A DNA stretch of 64,000 bases from Selaginella moellendorffii (lineage: Eukaryota > Plantae > Lycopodiophyta), in NCBI RefSeq assembly GCF_000143415.4, contig NW_003314319.1:586365-650364 (forward strand), read 5' to 3'. The first letter of the stretch is position 1. The number at the start of each line of letters is the position of its first letter. Positions 1-11,584 of the stretch are shown piece by piece. The translations under genes and the position numbers were made by a program. The notes under the pieces are model-generated. The model was not told where the DNA came from, ran no database searches, and worked only from the letters and a program-made list of their open reading frames with translations.

Positions 1-1201
1 CGTTGCTAGTTGCGGGCTGATTATACGACAAAACTTGGTCACCTTGCCCGCGGCCGCGATGCGCACTTCCGCCTCATTGTCACGCAAAAGTCTCACGTAA
101 GCTGGAACGAGTTCGGTCCTTTGAAAGAAAACGTCGTCAGGCCCTCAATGCTCTCAGAATAATGTGATGCAACTACCTCGTAGCCTCCGCACCTACTGCT
201 TCGCAAAGCTCGTAGAGCTGATTAGCAACCATAAAGCGTACACGCCAGGACTTATCCTGATAATAAAAGGCAGCACGTCAGTTCTCAGGTTACGAGTTGA
301 AGAGCTTTTAGATTCACCTGAGAAAAACTAACAATAACTGGAAGAATATTGGCTATGCAATCTTGAGGCTCAAGTAGCTTGCCCAACGCAGCACAGCCTT
401 CTACCGCCGAAAGTCTCAGTGAATCTTGATCTACAAAACAAAGTCCCACAGCGCTTCAAACCAGTTTACAGCCAGTCACTCGTACACACTTACCATCTTG
501 TGTGAGGTCTTTGAAAAACGACATTATATCAGATTTCAGATGAGCCGGCTCCACGGTGGCTGCAAACTTTGCCAGATTCGAAGCCGCCGACCGCCTCACC
601 ATGGGCAGATCATCGTGGCAGAGATGATTGTAAACAGATCTCAACTCCGACCGCGTTGCTTCTGGAGCACTCGGGTACGCTACATGGAACAAGCAGCAAG
701 CTGAGATGCGAGAGGTAAACCACTCGTCCGCCCCGAGTCTCTGCAAGAATCACAAACCAGAGAATTGAGACAAAGGTAGAAGAACTCTCGAGCAGGGCTT
801 ACCTTGACGAGAGGGATAAACCAATCCACCAAGTCCTTTTCTTTCATCTGAGACCCAATCCGGCAAAGCGACTCCACAGCCTTCTCGCGAACAATGGTCT
901 CGTCCACAGTGCACAGCGTCTCGAGCGGCGGGAGGAGCACATAGGCGTAGTCGACGCCACCAACATATGGGATAAACGCCCCGAGCTCCTCCGCCATAGC
1001 CAGGAGCACCTCGTCGTCGTCGTCGTTGTTCTCACTGAGAAAGGGAATGAGCTCTTTCCGGGTGCGCTCCTCGCCCAGAGCCCTGGCAATGGTGGAGAGG
1101 CGGCGGATGGAGTTGAGGCGGAGATGGATGTCCTCGTTCTTGAGCTCATCGATGAGAATGGCGATCGGATAGAGCGGCTCGTCTACCATAGCTGCAGCCA
1201 T
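1..1201 (-). CDS. PP2AA: PP2A 65 kDa scaffold/regulatory subunit A (5' part; runs off the left edge)
   Basis: [74 protein letters not shown]; later exons [11 protein letters not shown] and DKSWRV; GT-AG introns, e.g. 741-802. Confidence 0.97.
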
Positions 1202-1379
1202 GCGGCGGCGAGGGAGAATGCCGCCCCCTGCTGGGCTAAGCCTATCTAGCGATTTACCTCCACGCCGTGATCTCGATCTCCCCCCTCCCCGATCGCGTCC
1301 CACAAACCCTAGCGCCTTGGGGGATCTACAGGCAACGAAGAAATATACATTTGCCCAAAGCAAATGAGATCAGTAGCAT

Positions 1380-1410
1380 AAACCCTAAAATGCGTAAATT
1401 TAAACCCTAA
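1380..1410. promoter_or_regulatory. Two telo-boxes (AAACCCTAA) in the 232-bp divergent promoter of PP2A-A and the helicase
   Basis: AAACCCTAA at 1380-1388 and 1402-1410; telo-boxes are typical of plant ribosome-biogenesis and translation gene promoters. Confidence 0.6.
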
Positions 1411-1433
1411 AAGTGGGTTTCCAGGGTTTGCGG

Positions 1434-4108
1434 ATGGGAGGAGGCCGGGCGTGGCGGGCGGAGAAGCTCAAGCAAAATCGCGAGAGGAAGAAGGATGCCA
1501 AGAAGAATGCGAGGCCGCCGAAGAAGAATTCCAGCAAGGCCTCCAGGTCCGTGCAAGAGATTGCGGAGCTTGATGCTAGAATAGAGGCCGGAGCGCCGCG
1601 ATCGGGCTCCAATCCTCTCGGGGAGAAGCTCGATGAGAGTCCAGGGGCTGGAGGGTTCAAGCCCTACGCCGGCGCCACGCTGTTCCAGCAGCTGCCTCTC
1701 TCGCGGCTCACATTGGATGGTCTCAAGGACGCCAAGTATGTGACTATGACCGACATCCAAAGGGCAGCTCTTCCACACGCACTGTGTGGGAGGGACATTC
1801 TCGGGGCAGCCAAGACGGGGTCGGGAAAAACGCTAGCGTTTCTCATTCCAGTTAAGCTGATCGTTTCTTCTTTCTCTTCTTTTCTTTCCTTCAAGCCGTT
1901 CACTCCATTCTCTTTTCCATTGATCGTGATCGTCGGGCTTGCAATGCAGGTGATTGAGAAGCTCTACCGTCTACGATGGACCTCCATGGATGGCGTTGGT
2001 GCGCTTATCATATCTCCCACTCGCGAGCTCGCGATGCAAATCTTTGACGAGCTTCGCAAAGTTGGCAAATTCCACGACCTTAGCGGGGGCCTGTTGATAG
2101 GAGGAAGAAAGGACGTGAGCATTGAGAAGCAGAGTGTCAATGGCCTCAACATTCTCGTCTGCACGCCCGGGCGCTTGCTTCAACACATGCACGAGACTGT
2201 GAATTTCGATTGCTCCCCGCTCAAGGTATGCGATCCATTCCTTTTCCATTGAAAAATTCAATCTTTAATCCTTATCTTCTTAAGCTGCTGGTGTTGGATG
2301 AAGCTGACCGCATCTTGGATATGGGATTTGCCGGGACTCTCAACCAGATCATTGCTCAGATTCCAAAGGAGCGTCAAACTTTTTTGTTCTCGGCTACACA
2401 GACACGGTCAGTCCAGGATCTTGCGAGGCTTAGCTTGCAGTCCCCCGAGTACTTGGCCGTGCATGCCGAGTCTGCTGTAGCAACACCTGCGCGACTCCAA
2501 CAAACTGTCATGGTTGTTCCCTTGGATCAAAAGATCGATACGCTTTGGAGTTTCATCAAATCTCACCTTCGAGCAAAAGTTCTTGTGTTTCTTTCCAGTT
2601 GCAAGCAGGTATCTTCTTACTTTTTTTTTTCTTGAATTCTTACAAACCGCGAGTGTTATTACCAGGTGAAGTTCGTATATGAGGCATTCAAGCATCTCCG
2701 GCCTGGAGTTCCTCTCACCTGCTTACATGGACGCTTGAAGCAGGGTGGCAGATTAGATGCCTTTTACAAGTTTGTGGAAGCAGAGTACGCGGTTATGTTT
2801 GCAACCGATATCGCTGCGAGAGGACTGGATTTTCCGACAGTTGATTGGGTTGTTCAGGTAAAAGCTGCTATTTGTTTTTCCCTCGACAGGTGCCAATCAC
2901 TTTGACTTTAGGCCGACTGTCCCGAAGACGTTGCGACGTATATCCATCGTGTTGGTAGAACTGCCCGCTACAAAGCTTCAGGCCGCTCCCTACTTCTATT
3001 GTCTCCGTCAGAAACAAAAATGGTGGCCTTACTCGAGGAAGCGAAGATCCCGATTAAAGTTTTGAAGGTAATCTGGTGTTTAACAATGTTGTCCTGATCG
3101 AATATGTTGATTTGTTGCAGCCGAATGAAAAGAAGATCCAGTCCGTGTCACAACTGATTTCGGGACTTCTTTCAAAGAATGCTGATCTCAAGTACATGGC
3201 TCAACGTGCTTTCACGACATATCTACGATCGGTTTATTTACAAGGCAATAAAGAGGTCTTTGACGTCCACAAGCTTCCCATACCTGAATATGCGGCATCA
3301 TTGGGCTTGCCATCAGTCCCTCGAGTTCGGTTTCTTGGGAAAGGGCAGAGTAGCGCCGGGAAAAATGTGTGCTATGCTCTCAAAATGCCTGAGGCAGAAC
3401 ACAAGACTGACCAAGACGACAACCGTCCCGTGAAGGACGACGATGAGCCCTTCTTCCAAAAGAAGCGACCAAGAGAGGAACGGAACAACGATGAGCCCAA
3501 GAAGCGACCAAGAGACGAACTTGAGGCAGGCGATACTGCTATGAGGTAAAATTTTGATTCTCTCTTTTCCATACATGGAGTTTTTGTTTTTGTTTAGGCC
3601 AAAACCGCAGAAGTCGAAAAAGATGAAGCTTAAGATTGATTTGAAGACAACCGGATCTCACCGCCTGGTTTTTGATGACGATGGAAATGCTGGGCCTCCG
3701 CTGTCCACACTAGCCAAGGAGCAAGTAACAGGTACAGTTCTTCCTCTTTTATTTTAACTTGTCTGACATTCCTCTTTACGTGAAGGTGTAGAGGAAGATA
3801 TTGTTGCTGTTACCCAAGCGCGGTATAAGAGATTGGAGCAAGAGATGAAGAAAAGAGACAAGGAGGACAGGCTGCTAGATCGACAGAGACTGCGTGACAA
3901 AAGGCACAAGCAGAAGGCGAAGTTACAGAAAGCTATGGATGATACAGATCAAGAGCAAGCTCCGCGTTTGGCAGTTTCTAACAGTGACTACTCGGACGAA
4001 GACAACGTCAACGGTGATATGAAGGAATCCTCGCAAATGGAGCTTGACTCCATGTCACTGGCAGATCAAGAGGCTTTGGCACTTCAGTTCCTACGCTCCC
4101 AGCGCTGA
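1434..4108 (+). CDS. DEAD-box RNA helicase, DBP4/DDX10 (RH32-like), multi-exon
   Basis: [51 protein letters not shown]; acidic C-terminus ending [12 protein letters not shown]. Confidence 0.93.
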
Positions 4109-5114
4109 CCTTACAAAACCTTTTCAGGCTCGAAGTAGACAACCAGCCGCGAACATAAACAAAAGCCAGCTATGAACCTCCCCCAACTTTGATGTTCTCT
4201 GACTTCTTACAAGCAATAGATCGCAAGCACCATATGAAGCATAGTCGATACTAGACGCTGGCAAGGACGCTCTCATACCTCCACGAAGGTACTTACATAA
4301 TGTCTAGACCCATTCTCCGATGCGTTAAAGTGGGCAATGTCAGATCATAAGTTGCTACACCTGTGAAAGAAGGAAAGTGTGAAGTTACATATAACTTGCC
4401 TGTATATAATGCTGTAACCAGAATATGTAGCCAAGCTGCACATATTTCGATGTTAAGTTCAGTTACTGTAACTATAAGTTAATTATTTTAAATACAAATA
4501 TATCTACAACAACGTTTTAAATGGAGGAATAAATTTAAAATGTTGTTTTTAACTTACACTCTTTAAAGTACTTAATAAACATTCTAAATTATCAACTGCT
4601 TATTTATTCATAAGAAAAAATTAATAAAGATTTTTAAAAATGAAGTAAATAACAATGCAGTTGATTATAAAATTTGGTGCTTTGCTTTCTTTATATAAAT
4701 AATTTTTAAAGAAAATTGTAATAACCATTAAGTAATTTTACTTTTTAAATTTATTATACATAAAATATTTTTTCCATTTTTTTGCTATAAAAAGCCTGTA
4801 ATTGTAATGAATATACCCTAAATTTTGTTTTGGCTTAACCAAATCTATAAGGGACTAAGTAGATATATTTAAAATATACTTAAATATTCTAGGATATCCT
4901 ATTATTTAATGGTTAAACATTTTTTGAACACTTTCTAGTATGTTTTATTTATTCTAATGGTTATATACAATAAAATTAATCTTGTATTTATAAAAATATA
5001 AATATTTTTATAATTATAAACTTATATTTCATCAATTAGATTAATAAATAAAAGAAAAACTACTGCATGTAACACACAAAAAATTATTCTCTAATCTTCT
5101 GGTAATAAAGATTT

Positions 5115-5138
5115 TATATATATATATATATATATATT
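5115..5138. repeat. (TA)n microsatellite in a very AT-rich intergenic region (~4480-6010)
   Basis: tatatatata run. Confidence 0.8.
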
Positions 5139-6591
5139 ATCACTAATATAGGCTGTGTTTGTTAAATAAATTTCAAAGTGTATTTGGATGTGGTTTATTA
5201 ATATAATGCATTTAATCATATTATGAAATTTAAATATATTATCACTATGGATTTTTAAAACCTTCTTGTTCTCCCCAACCATAACATGATAGTGGTGGAT
5301 GAGTATAGCAAATCCTACATCATAAACACCATCTTTTAGCTGTGTACAGCTTATGGAATGGTTGTGACTCGACAACACTAAATGAAATATAAAAAGTTTT
5401 AAGGGGAACACAAACTTTAGGGATAAAATAATTATAATTTTTTTTTAATACACAATAAAGAGAAAAAAAATAAAGTGCATTATATTTGGTATCAAAGAAA
5501 GGTTTAATTTTTACTGATTAGTGCCTATTTAACATAGAATATATCTTTAACTAAAATATATTTCTACCCTTAAAAATTGAAATCATACATATTAAATATC
5601 CATGAATATATTCTTTGTTTTTTCTTCACCTTAAATTAGTAGATTCAGTAAATTATATATATATATATTAATATATTGGAAAAATAATAATTAGTGAAAT
5701 TGTTCTATATAACTTCTGATAGCATGTAACTTGAGAGCATATTGTGGAGTTAGAATCTCACATTAGGTTAATTTATCAAACTATTCTAAACTAAAAATAT
5801 TATTGATGCTCTTCATTTATTTTAGAATTAATTTAGAGTGTATATATAGGTTTTTTCAATTGTTTTAAAATTTTATATTTAAAAAATTTCTTCATTAAAA
5901 AGCATTGATATTCTTTTTTTGTTTATAGTATTGCTAGTGGTGAAAAAAATACTAATACTATAATGCTACCACTTATTATTATTAATATTTTACAATATTT
6001 ATTTTTTCTAAAACTCTCTCAAGCCTGCTTTTGTCATGCTTGTATTCCTTGCCATGCTCGGCTTTAGGTCAGGTTTAATTCCTTTAAATAGGCATCACGC
6101 ATAAGCGATGATGACAGCCTCCCTGATGGTACGTTGAGCTTCAGAGGCATGATGCTCTTTGTTTTGTATGCTGGTGATGATGTGAAAGACGATGAGATTG
6201 GGATCTGTCCAAGGCGACCGTGGAGATATGACTATGCCAAAGGGTGCTTATTGACCAGGCAATCCTGGCATTTGATCAACTTGAGCTCAACGAGCGAGAA
6301 TACGTTGCCTTGTATACTTGGCTCCATCTGAAATCACTAACTAAAACTAGATTCAGTGGAATGGTCTGGGAAAAATGAATAAACCTTGGGAATTTTGCTT
6401 TATTGGTTTTCTGTACTGTGTTTTCACCTTGGACACTGCTCAATGGTAAAGTGTTCATAGTTCAGAGAGAAACAGGTAATTCATGCAAGTGTTCCATATT
6501 TTAACTAAGCTACTCCTAATTTTTTTTGTATTTTCTTTAATTTGTATCAGTACATTAAACTATATAGCTATGCATGCACGGACGACAAAGA

Positions 6592-7904
6592 CTACCTCCG
6601 CATGCTGAAACGGGGACGGCCGGGCTCAGGCTCGCCTTTAAGCCGGACCAGCGTGTAAGCAGCGGCTCCAGCTAAAGCACCAAATATTGGACCGACAATG
6701 TAGAGCCAGATGCCTTTGTAATTGTTGGCAGCAATCGCGGGTCCAAGAGTACGAACCGGATTCATGGAAGCACCCGAGGTGGATCTGCGTGAGATATGGA
6801 ACCATTTAGTGAGTGTCGTTCTAGAATCACTTGAGTTACTCTGGACTTTTACCCTGCAATGAGGATGTTGAGCATGACAGTTGCTCCTACGGCGATCCCC
6901 GCAAGCTCCCCCACCTTTGAGATATTAATGGATTGATAATCAGCAGAAAGACATCGAGCAATAATAACGGGGAAAAAGATCAGTGCTACTTACGGCCCGT
7001 GAGTCTGTGGCCACGGCAGTGACGACGAACATGAGGTTGAAGGAGATGATAAACTCGAGAACAAAAGACTCCCAGTAGCTTCCAGACGGGATCGTGACGC
7101 CGCCATGCATGAAAGGATTAAAGATGCCCTTGAGCGCAAACGCGGCACAGATGGACGCCGCGACCTGGGCACCGATGTAGAGAGGAACCTGTCCCGCGCG
7201 ATCGACAAAAGCTCGAGAAAGAGACCAAAAAGAATGAGAAAGAATGTACCTCAACCCAAGGGAAGTGGCGGAGTGCTGCGAAGGAGAGCGTGAGCGAGGG
7301 ATTGAGATGAGCTCCCGAGATATGGCCGGTGGCAAGGATGACGATCATGACCGCGAGGCCCGAGGTGGCGGCCAGTCCCACAGTGGTGATGCTCCCGGAA
7401 GTCTTCTCGTTGACAATGGCGGTGGCTGTCCCGGCGAAGATGAGCATGAAGGTGCCAATGAACTCTGCTCCAATCTACAAGAACAACAAAACCTTGTCCA
7501 GATCTCTAGATCTCCAAAAATCACGATGCAACGAAAAATCAGCTCTTCTATGCAATGTAGCAGCGAGAGAGGATGGATGGAACAGTCGCCAAGCAGCAAA
7601 AGATGGCAAGAAATGGTACCTTTTTGCGGCGCGAAATTGAGGAAGGGGCGATGGCGGCCTGGAATTCGCTGAAGAGTCCGTCCTCCATGACGCAGCTGTC
7701 GACCGGGAAGCATTTGTTGATCCGCCCCGAGCGTCCAAAGCTGGTGGAAACGTTGGAAATGCGATCCGGCGCCATTATGTACACGGGGCCGACGCCATTG
7801 CTGTTGCTGCCAGGGACAATCTGCGCAGTAACCGGAGCATTCGCATTCCCAGTCCCAGTCGCAGCGCTATTGACGAGATTTCCTTGTTGTTCTTCGTCCG
7901 CCAT
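6592..7904 (-). CDS. NIP-II aquaporin (NIP5/NIP6-type boric acid channel)
   Basis: IGAEFIGTFMLIF, GHISGAHLNPSLT (NPS), SGASMNPVRTLGPA (NPV); ar/R filter read as A-I-A-R; long N-terminus; ends RPRFSMRR*. Confidence 0.92.
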
Positions 7905-8070
7905 AGCTAGCAAAAAAAAAAAATCTTTTTTTTCCTGTTTTTTTTTTTTTCTTTGTTGTTGCTCGATGAGCTAGTGGTGATTCAAGAGAACCCCATCATC
8001 CGAGCAGGATTTTCTTCTTTTTTTTGGAAAAGATTTTGGAAAGGTCGGGAGAAGTGGAAAGAGGAGAGCT

Positions 8071-8076
8071 TTACAT
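8071..8076 (-). promoter_or_regulatory. Minimal uORF AUG-UAA in the NIP 5' leader
   Basis: Minus strand ...gtcaatcATGTAAagctctc..., ~167 nt upstream of the NIP ATG in a pyrimidine-rich leader. Confidence 0.65.
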
Positions 8077-9721
8077 GATTGACAGACTTTTTTAGAGATG
8101 GGATCAAGGAAGCAGGAGAATGGCTGTCGCGGAATCCAGAGCTAGCGTCGAATCAGAGCTTGGTCGTCGTCGTCGCTAGTGGCATCAATCGATGGAAAAC
8201 ACCTGCGCGAGAAGCACCATTGAATCAAATCCAAAAGACTCAAAGCAAGAATGAAATAGAGGAATACCGCTGAGAGAGCTCGATGGATCAAAGTGCCGCA
8301 CAACCGCTCAAAGCCAAGCCCTAATGCCGAGAAGACAATGACGAGAGCTTTAAGAAAGAGCTGCGTGGCTGTGTGATTGATTCCAGGTGAAAAGTAAACG
8401 CGCTAGTTGGCTGTCTGAGAGCACAAAATTTTACTTCAAAACACTTAACTTCGCGGTGATCGTGCGCGAAGCCATCTCGCGTCAACTGTAGGAAGGAAAT
8501 GTAAGTTTATTGCAGGCTCTAGAATACTCGTTTTTCCTCTTTTTTACCATGCACGTCTCAATGGGTCAACTTGATGATGTTAATATTGTAATTATCATGA
8601 TTATTAAGCTCAATGAAATGCTTGTTTTTCCGTGCAGCTGTGAATCTTCCAGCCTAAAGCAGAGCGCCATGCAGCAGAGCTAGCTAGGACGCTAATGTAT
8701 ATATATATTTGGGTGTCAGCAAGAACAGCGCGTATAGCTAGACAAAATTCTTTCAAACTGCTCATCTCTAATTGATAGGATTTTAATTTCTTCTAAATTC
8801 TCAAATTCTTGTGACAAAATCGGGGCATATTCCGTGGGGTTTGAAAATGGTGGCTTTTGTCGGTTGGCTGTTTGTCCAATCATTTGTCCTTTTCTGCCCA
8901 CGCATTCAATGCATCGATCGAGTTTTCTCATCCTTTTCGTATTGATTGCTTCTTTGGAGCCTGCAAAAACGAAACACCACATGGAGTCTACAACCACAAA
9001 GGCGAGCTAGCAGCGGCAGTATGGTGGGCTTTTCTCGCGTAGCTGGGCAGTCGCGAATATGTTTAGTCGGGCCTCAGGAATAAGAAATGGACAAACGAGC
9101 GAAAGGGAAACGAAGAATCCCATGTTTGGTGAACCAAAACGTTTTGGTTGATGCTGGTGCTGCTTCCACTCAATCAAGAGCACAAAAGAAAACGTTTGTG
9201 TTATTGGCGGTACAAGCACACGCGGCCACCGCAGGAAATTTCCGCTGGAGACCTGGTGAATGAATCGACAGCAACGGGTTTAGCTTTTCCTGTAAGTAAA
9301 AGGGACGTACTTGAAAGCGAGCGAAGAAACGAAAGCAAAGCAGTCCAAGATCTTGACAGACCAAAGATCATATCACAGAGAATCCGCATTAGTCTAGGGC
9401 TCCAAGACTTCAAAAAGACGCAAAGCAAATCAATCCAACAAAGACAACGATTGACACAAAAATCCCAGCGATGCACGAAAGCACAAAGAAAGTGACGAAA
9501 TCATTCGAGCAGACACAGAAGATGGCGTTTGTCGAGAACAATAAACAAACTTTTCAAGAGAAACGACCCAAAACAAAAGTCCAGTACTTCGCAACGAAAC
9601 AAGCACTGGAAAAAAAGCAAACGAGCACAAAATCTACATTTATTTGCCACGAAGAAATCACGTCCAAAACTAGTATGAGAAAATGTGGATGAGCATTTTT
9701 TTTTGAAAATTTCTAACCTGT

Positions 9722-10030
9722 TTATGCTGGCTTTGGAACTTGCCCTCCACTTTGCTGCCGCTGCAATTCCTTTTGATTCCTCTCATACTCCTCCACGGCC
9801 TTTTGCAGCTCATCCGACGATCCTACCGCATGGATCGTGTAGGCGTAGACGCCCGCCACGAAGCACAAGAGCCCTCCAGCCATGGCCCAATTCTTTACCC
9901 GCAAATTCTTGCCATAATGCTTGTAGTGCTCTGTGGGATTCGCATTCAGCCATGGCTCCTCCGCCTCCTTGGCCACGGACGACGCCGCGGCCGCGGCCTC
10001 TTTCTTCACGGCGCTCGCGCCTCCCGCCAT
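9722..10030 (-). CDS. Small single-TM protein, COA3/coiled-coil-56-like cytochrome c oxidase assembly factor
   Basis: KNWAMAGGLLCFVAGVYAYTIHAVGSSDELQKAVEEYE resembles the plant COA3-like motif KNxxxAGGLxxFVxGVYxYTxxAVGxxDEL. Confidence 0.75.
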   Translation of the reverse strand: MAGGASAVKKEAAAAASSVAKEAEEPWLNANPTEHYKHYGKNLRVKNWAMAGGLLCFVAGVYAYTIHAVGSSDELQKAVEEYERNQKELQRQQSGGQVPKPA

Positions 10031-10124
10031 GAGCAAAAACCCTATCCTTGCTTAAACCCTAAAACACGTCAGCTCCACATGTCACTATATCTTTTGCCAA
10101 ACTGGCGAAAAGAAAGGATACACG

Positions 10125-11455
10125 TCAGACAGATGCCAGCCGTTGGATGTTTATGGGACGAGCGTACGATTGGCTGCCGTTGAAAAACTTGGCGCCAAGG
10201 AGGACGTTTACCGCCTCGGTTGGGTGAAAAGCGTCCCAGAATACGTAGCTGCTACGAGTTTTGCATACGGTCGATATGAGCGGATAGCACGGCAACTGGG
10301 CGTTGAATTTCCCAGCTCCACAGCAACCACTGTTGACGTTCTCAAAGCCTGGACAACGAGAAAATATGATCCTTGAAAAAAAAAACCAGTAGAAGAACTT
10401 AGAAGTCTTACCGAATGACGATGGAGCATGGATGATCTCGAGGAGAGCTCGGTAAGCATCGGTATAGATGAGCTTCGCTCCTCTCAGCTTTGAATTCATC
10501 CTTTTGATGCTTTTCCTGAGAGCCAAGTTATACCTGGTTACCATATGATTGACAGACTCCACGCATTCTCCAGTAGAGTTTCTCCTGTTTAGCTCGGACG
10601 GGATGCAACCCAGCGGGCCTAGTCCCGACACGACGAACTTTCTTGCTCCCATGGAATAGAGGGTCTGTTTCATCCAAGTTTTGGTTAAGAGAGAAGCAAA
10701 AGTACGCTTACCATAAAATTGTTCTCCAGTGAAGAGATGAGTACTTCTCGATATTCTCTGGTTGTGTAACGCGAGCGAGTGGTGCTGTTGATGTAGTAAT
10801 TGTTGATGTAATCGTTGCTGCCGATTACAATCGCAAACATCGAGTCGGAGACGTGCTTGGTGGCGTTGGCGACGCCGAGCTGTTTGCGGATCGCGTCGAG
10901 AGTGACGTTAAAGTGCTGGAGCTGCTTTAGCAATGGCATGTTGTCGATCTGGAAATCGCAGAGAAAAAGAAAGTCTCTTAGAAAACAACCACGCAGAAAA
11001 ACGTCTACGAGCTTACGTAGTTTCTACCGCTGGATGCGAGTATGCCACCGGCAGCCGACGCGTAGTTTACTCCCGTTAAGATGATTGGTCCCGTCGTCGT
11101 CGGAGCGAGAGACGGAGGCGGATATGGAAGAGCAACGAAGTCGCCTGTAAGAAAGAAGAAAAAAAGTCTCGAAGAAGAAAAGAAAGAGAAAGAAAATCTC
11201 GAACTTACACAAAACGTCAATGATCGTCTTCCCGTTGCAGAACCTCCCAGTCGGGCCAGTCGGGAAGTCGATGCCATTGGGAGGCATATCAGCTCGAGCG
11301 AGAGTCAAGAAGAAGTTATTGTTCCCATTGTCAGCGAGTGAATCCCCGAAAACGAAGATAGCTGGGAACAATCTCTTCTTCTCAACCCCTTGCGCTGCCT
11401 GAGCCGAAAGTAGCACGATGGCTGCGGCAAGAAGACGATGGAGAGGAGCAGCCAT
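10125..11455 (-). CDS. GDSL esterase/lipase, secreted
   Basis: Signal peptide; [48 protein letters not shown]. Confidence 0.95.
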
Positions 11456-11584
11456 TGCTGGTTGAGAAATGTGACGATCCCCATTACCCGAGCTTTTATA
11501 TGGAACATCCACCGCCTAAGTTGCGGTTGACAGGACGCGAACGTATGTAACGTTTGATGATATTTTCACTTTCGTTGGACAGGA

